From: Hydrolagus colliei
Taxonomy: Eukaryota
DNA length: 64,000 bases
Direction: 5' to 3'
NCBI GenBank assembly: GCA_035084275.1
Contig: CM068745.1
Location: 33,480,001 to 33,544,000 of the forward strand
Shown here: piece after piece, positions 59,737-64,000 of the stretch
Numbering within the stretch: the stretch's first letter is position 1
Layout of the letters: the number at the start of each line of letters is the position of its first letter
The notes under the pieces: generated by a model
What the model saw: only the letters and a program-made list of their open reading frames with translations
Databases searched by the model: none
What the model was told of the DNA's origin: nothing
Position numbers and translations under genes: made by a program

Positions 59737-60670
59737 TAATAACAACAAAATTGTATTTGTATTGCGCCTTTCATGTCAGGAGGATGTCCCATGATACTGG
59801 ACAGTTATTGATTCAGACCCGAGCTGAGGATAGGGGGGTGGGGAGGTAAGGAGTTGCCGATGGGTCCATTGAAGAGGAGAGTCTTGAGCTGTGACTTGTA
59901 GGAGGCCAGGGAGAGTGTGAGGCGTAGGGACTTCTGGATGGAATTCCAGAGGTTGGGGACAGAGTGGCTGAAGGCTCGTCCGCCAATGTTTGGGCGGGTG
60001 GGTCGGGGGACATGGAGCCTGCTGACCGGAGTGTGCAACCATGGAGGTTGATGCAGCCAGCACCTCATGTAAGAAGGCACTGGCACCAGCCAATCAGTAG
60101 AGCCTCGGTCTTGTTGACATTCAACTGTAGAAAGTTAGCTCTCATCCAGGACTTGATGTCTGACAGAAAGTCTGTCATGACAGTGGTAGTCCTGGAGGGT
60201 AGAGACAGAGAGATAAAGTTGGGTGTCATCCGCATACATGTGGAAGTGAACCCCATGTCTGCGGATAATGTCACCAAGCGGGAGCATATAGATCTTGACA
60301 AGGGGGCCAAGGACAGAGCCCTGGGGGATTTTTTTTAAGATGGGGGTGATGACAGCAGTTTTTAGAGGAGTGGGGATGGTGCCGGTGGATAGGGAGAGGT
60401 TGATAACGTCAGTTAGGAGGGGGGCTAGGAGCTGGGAGATGAAAAGGGAGGTGGGAATGGAGTTAAGGGAGCAGGTGACGGGTTTCATTTTATGGAGGAG
60501 AGCAGAGAAGGCGGGCGGAGAGATAGGGTGGAAGCTACGTAATGGGAGGTGGGAGGGAGATGGATGCTGGGGGAGAGGTAGTGGGGAAGTATTGGAGGAT
60601 GGGGTAGTGGTGGCTGAACAAATCCCCTTGATTTTTGAATCAAGGAAATCCAGCATCTCCTCGCAGTTAG
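59737..60670 (-). mobile_element. L2 LINE fragment with two large internal deletions
   Basis: The minus strand reads [12 protein letters not shown]...[10 protein letters not shown]|IPQGSVLGP...[10 protein letters not shown]. There is a second jump near 60030, and the tail lies at 59737. Confidence 0.9.
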
Positions 60671-60820
60671 ATTTGGAGGATAGGTTAAGATAAGCGTTAA
60701 GATAGTGTATATAAGGATGCATTTAATATAGTATGTTATCACTTCATTAACACATCCCAAAGCTAGTCACAGTATTTACAATAAAAGTAGTCCAGTGGCT
60801 GTGTAGCCACTATTTTGTAG

Positions 60821-61134
60821 ATAATAATAATCCTTGCATTTGATATAGCACTTTTCACATCTTCTAGAAACGTCTCAAAGAGCTTCACAGAATACACTGT
60901 AAAGTGAATTGACTGTATATTTGTGGGCTAAATACAGCAGCCAATTGTGTACAGCAGTGTCCCACAAACAGTTGTGGATTGAAATGTCCAATTTTTAAAA
61001 ACATTTTTGAGGGATTATTATTAGGCGTATGGAGTAAGGAAACTTGCCCAAAGTTTTGCCCTGACCTGCCTCGATTCGAACACAGGTCTCACTCTTGTAA
61101 GGCGAGTGCTTTAACCACCGAGCTACAGGACTCT
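60821..61134 (-). mobile_element. Full-length tRNA-derived SINE
   Basis: It is the reverse complement of the SINE. Confidence 0.92.
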
Positions 61135-63894
61135 AGATGAAGATATCAGCCAAATTGCGCATAGTAAAGTCCCATAAACAGCCACAAAGGTCACCTTTTT
61201 ATATAGAGGGATTGTTGGTGAGGACAATGGGAGAAATTGACTTCTCCTGGGAGCAATATGGCAACAAAGGTGTTAACAGAAACAAAGTGGAATGATATGT
61301 GTTGCTTGTTAAGGCCCTTAAATAGTGATTAATGGCTTTGTCAGTGCAACCACTAATGGAATGCTCTGTGTTTTGATGGCAGTGATGTATGTACAATTGA
61401 CCCTGACCTGAAGTCAAGGGTTATGGTTGACAAATATTTCAACATTATTATCTCCATGCCCCTGATGAAGAATTGAGTGTGCAATTAAGTGGGACACTTT
61501 GTATCATTTAGTAGAATAATTTTACAATGCACAGTATGAAACATTGTATTGTATTTCCTGTAAGTAACATAAACCAAGTCAAGGCTGCAAACACACATGC
61601 AGGATGTAAACATTCAAGGACACTTGTTTTCTAGGTTTATGAAGAAATCAAGGGTAATCAGAGGAGAGAAGGCATTTGTGTAAAAATATTGAGGGGATAA
61701 AAATCATTATCTTAAGAAGGTAGGATTACATTAAACCATCCGAGGCATCTGTTTAAATAAGATGAACTGTTATAGAACACAAGAAGCATGAGAATGAATG
61801 TAATATTTTTAATTGTAATGGAAAATTTCCATTGGAAATAGATAACTACTGTATATACCTGCATGTTTTCTACACTGGACATTTACACCCATTTGAAGTA
61901 GTTTGAGTCAATAATTGATGGGGAGAGAAATTAGAAACATTATATCTAATTTTTCATACAGGCTGCATCCACTAACAGCACCAATATTCTGTGTTTCCAC
62001 TGATTTATGGAACGAGCATTTTTGGATGTTCAGATGCGTTAAGGATAAGGGCAGCGTGGATTTTTAAAACTCCTGATTGGAGGTAATTTAGGCCATCTGT
62101 ATGCTAAAAAGATACAATAATATATGAATCTACATACTGTATATACTGTATTTCAGGAGATGCTATTATGTGAAACACATAACTTAGGTATTGATTTGTT
62201 ATGTGATCACAAGACTGCAGAGACCTGTTCAGTCAGCAGAAAGGGAAACCAGTTAAAGTGTGGAATTCAATGGACAGAAAAACATTAACTGAGACATTTT
62301 TCGACTCCTCAAGGTCTAACGGGTCATGAGGCAATAGGGAGCTGGTCTGGAAGATTAGGATAGAACAGAGGAGGTGTTTGCATTAGATACTTTAAGAAAG
62401 AAAGGAATGCTTGAGAACCACTCTTTTAGTTGAGATAACGAAAAAACGACTGGAGAACTGTGCGATGGTCAAGGAAAATCAAGAGGCAGGAAAACGACAA
62501 ATTACATATGAAAGGGTTTGGTTTAGAGTAAGCAGGTTAACTAGAGTGGGAATGCTGAGCAAAAAAGAATTCTCATCAGATTATAGGGTCATGAGGGAAG
62601 TTTCTGATCAATGAACAGGGATGGTAAAGGGGTAACAAGATAGGGGGAAAAGAGTGGTTTGACACAACAGTTGTGGAACTTTTATGGGAACAGAAGTGAC
62701 GACCTCCCTCTGGCAGCTGTTGTGCAGATGCGGAGAATGGGTAGTATGTTTTCAGTTGTTCTGTCAGTTAGGCAAGAAAGTGTTAACAGTAAAAGTAGTT
62801 GCTCTGTAAAGTGCAGAAGCCAGGTCAGGTAGCACAAGTGAGGTACAGAGCTAGAGGCTGATTGCTGGGTTGAGTTTTCAGAAAGCCACTCTCTGCAGGT
62901 TTGCGAGTTGGGCTGTTTATTTGATTGAATAAGTATTCTTTAAAATCAGTTGTCCTTAGGGTTTGCCAGGGACTGGTCATTATGATATTAAGTTTGTTAG
63001 ATGGGTTGGCTCTGAGGGTTTTCCAGAGGCCAGTTACCGGTGTGTGTTACACTTTATTTCCCCAGGATCAGTTGCCCCTGTGGGTTTGCCAGGGCTGATT
63101 ATAGTTTTATCTTGTATTGTATGATTAGACTGAGCTGTATGGTATTGCGCTGTTGTAGATGTTATAATTTTATGTGTTGTATTGAAAACTGAAATCATAC
63201 TCATATTTACAGACCTTATCTTTGACTGCATGTTCCTGGATATTGTAAGTGGTTGCATTTCAGAGACACAAAGTCACAACACTTTACAATGTGTCCAGTG
63301 ATGCTCTTTAAGACGTCTCAACAATGGGATAAGACACTATATATAGAAAATGAAGCATACCGTATCAGAAGCAAGGATTATTACTTATTATTATATTATT
63401 ACTATTATTATATTATCGTAATGATATTATTACAATTGTTATTATGACTTACTTAAAAAATATTATTACTGTTGCAATACTATGATCAAGAATAAAACAT
63501 TTATTGCTTTTCCTTCCAAAGTCACTCACAAAGTAAACCAAAATGTATTTGCAAGGTCATAGCAGAGAATCTAAGCATTGCATTCCCCTGATGGTTTAAT
63601 GTAGTCCTACCTTCTTAAGATAATGATTTCTTCCCCTCATTGTTTTTACACAAATGCCTACCTTTATTATTACCTCTGATTATTAAAGTAAGAACTATGA
63701 CTGATCTGAATATTTTCGTCTGGGAGGTGAATAGTAGAAATAAGCATTCTGAAACAGATTTCCTAATATATGGATGCTATCATGCAGATAGCATCATAGT
63801 TTAAGATAAATGTATCTAGGAAAAGGTTTGTTCCTACTTTTCAGCATGCTGTGGAAGTGCAGTAGTTTTAAGTTTTCTTTTAATGTACTAAATC

Positions 63895-63981
63895 ATAATA
63901 ATATTCCTTGCATTTGATATAGCGCTTTTCACGTCTTCTAGACGTCTCAAAGCGCTTCACAGAATAAACTGTAAAGTGAAT
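63895..63981 (-). mobile_element. SINE 3' tail
   Basis: ccttgcatttgatatagcgcttttcacgtcttctagacgtctcaaagcgcttcacagaata is the reverse complement of the SINE tail. Confidence 0.85.
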
Positions 63982-64000
63982 GATTGAACTATATCACCAA

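Noticed and set aside
62200-63030. Purine-rich block that may be a very old antisense L2
   Set aside because: I could not recover recognisable protein motifs, so it is not called as a feature.

Overview
This is vertebrate genomic DNA, not prokaryotic. The L2/CR1/Deu-SINE repeat content suggests a cartilaginous fish, possibly a holocephalan (inference). The window appears to lie entirely inside a large minus-strand Eph receptor gene, best matching EPHA6. Two coding exons are present: 52481-52636 (156 bp, Cys-rich/EGF-like) and 18369-18704 (336 bp, first FN3 repeat). Both have canonical AG/GT sites and splice in frame across a 33.8-kb intron. The rest is intronic and dense in transposons: 5'-truncated L2-type and CR1 LINEs, many tRNA-derived Deu-domain SINEs with an L2-like tail, Tigger-like and Charlie-like MITEs, and a probable degenerate L1/Tx1 relic. 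The most distinctive feature is a family of six non-autonomous hAT elements with TAGGG..CCCTA ends, 8-bp target-site duplications (TSDs) and CpG-rich ATATCGATAT subterminal repeats. Five of the six carry a length-variable G-rich minisatellite. Other observations are a tail-to-tail inverted SINE pair, reciprocal SINE/LINE nesting, a duplicated 77-bp unit with a CTCF-like core, and several candidate conserved enhancers. Nearly all ORFs in the supplied track are spurious or transposon-derived. I see no evidence for a new protein-coding system. Repeat boundaries were read by eye and are approximate except where TSDs or splice sites fix them.
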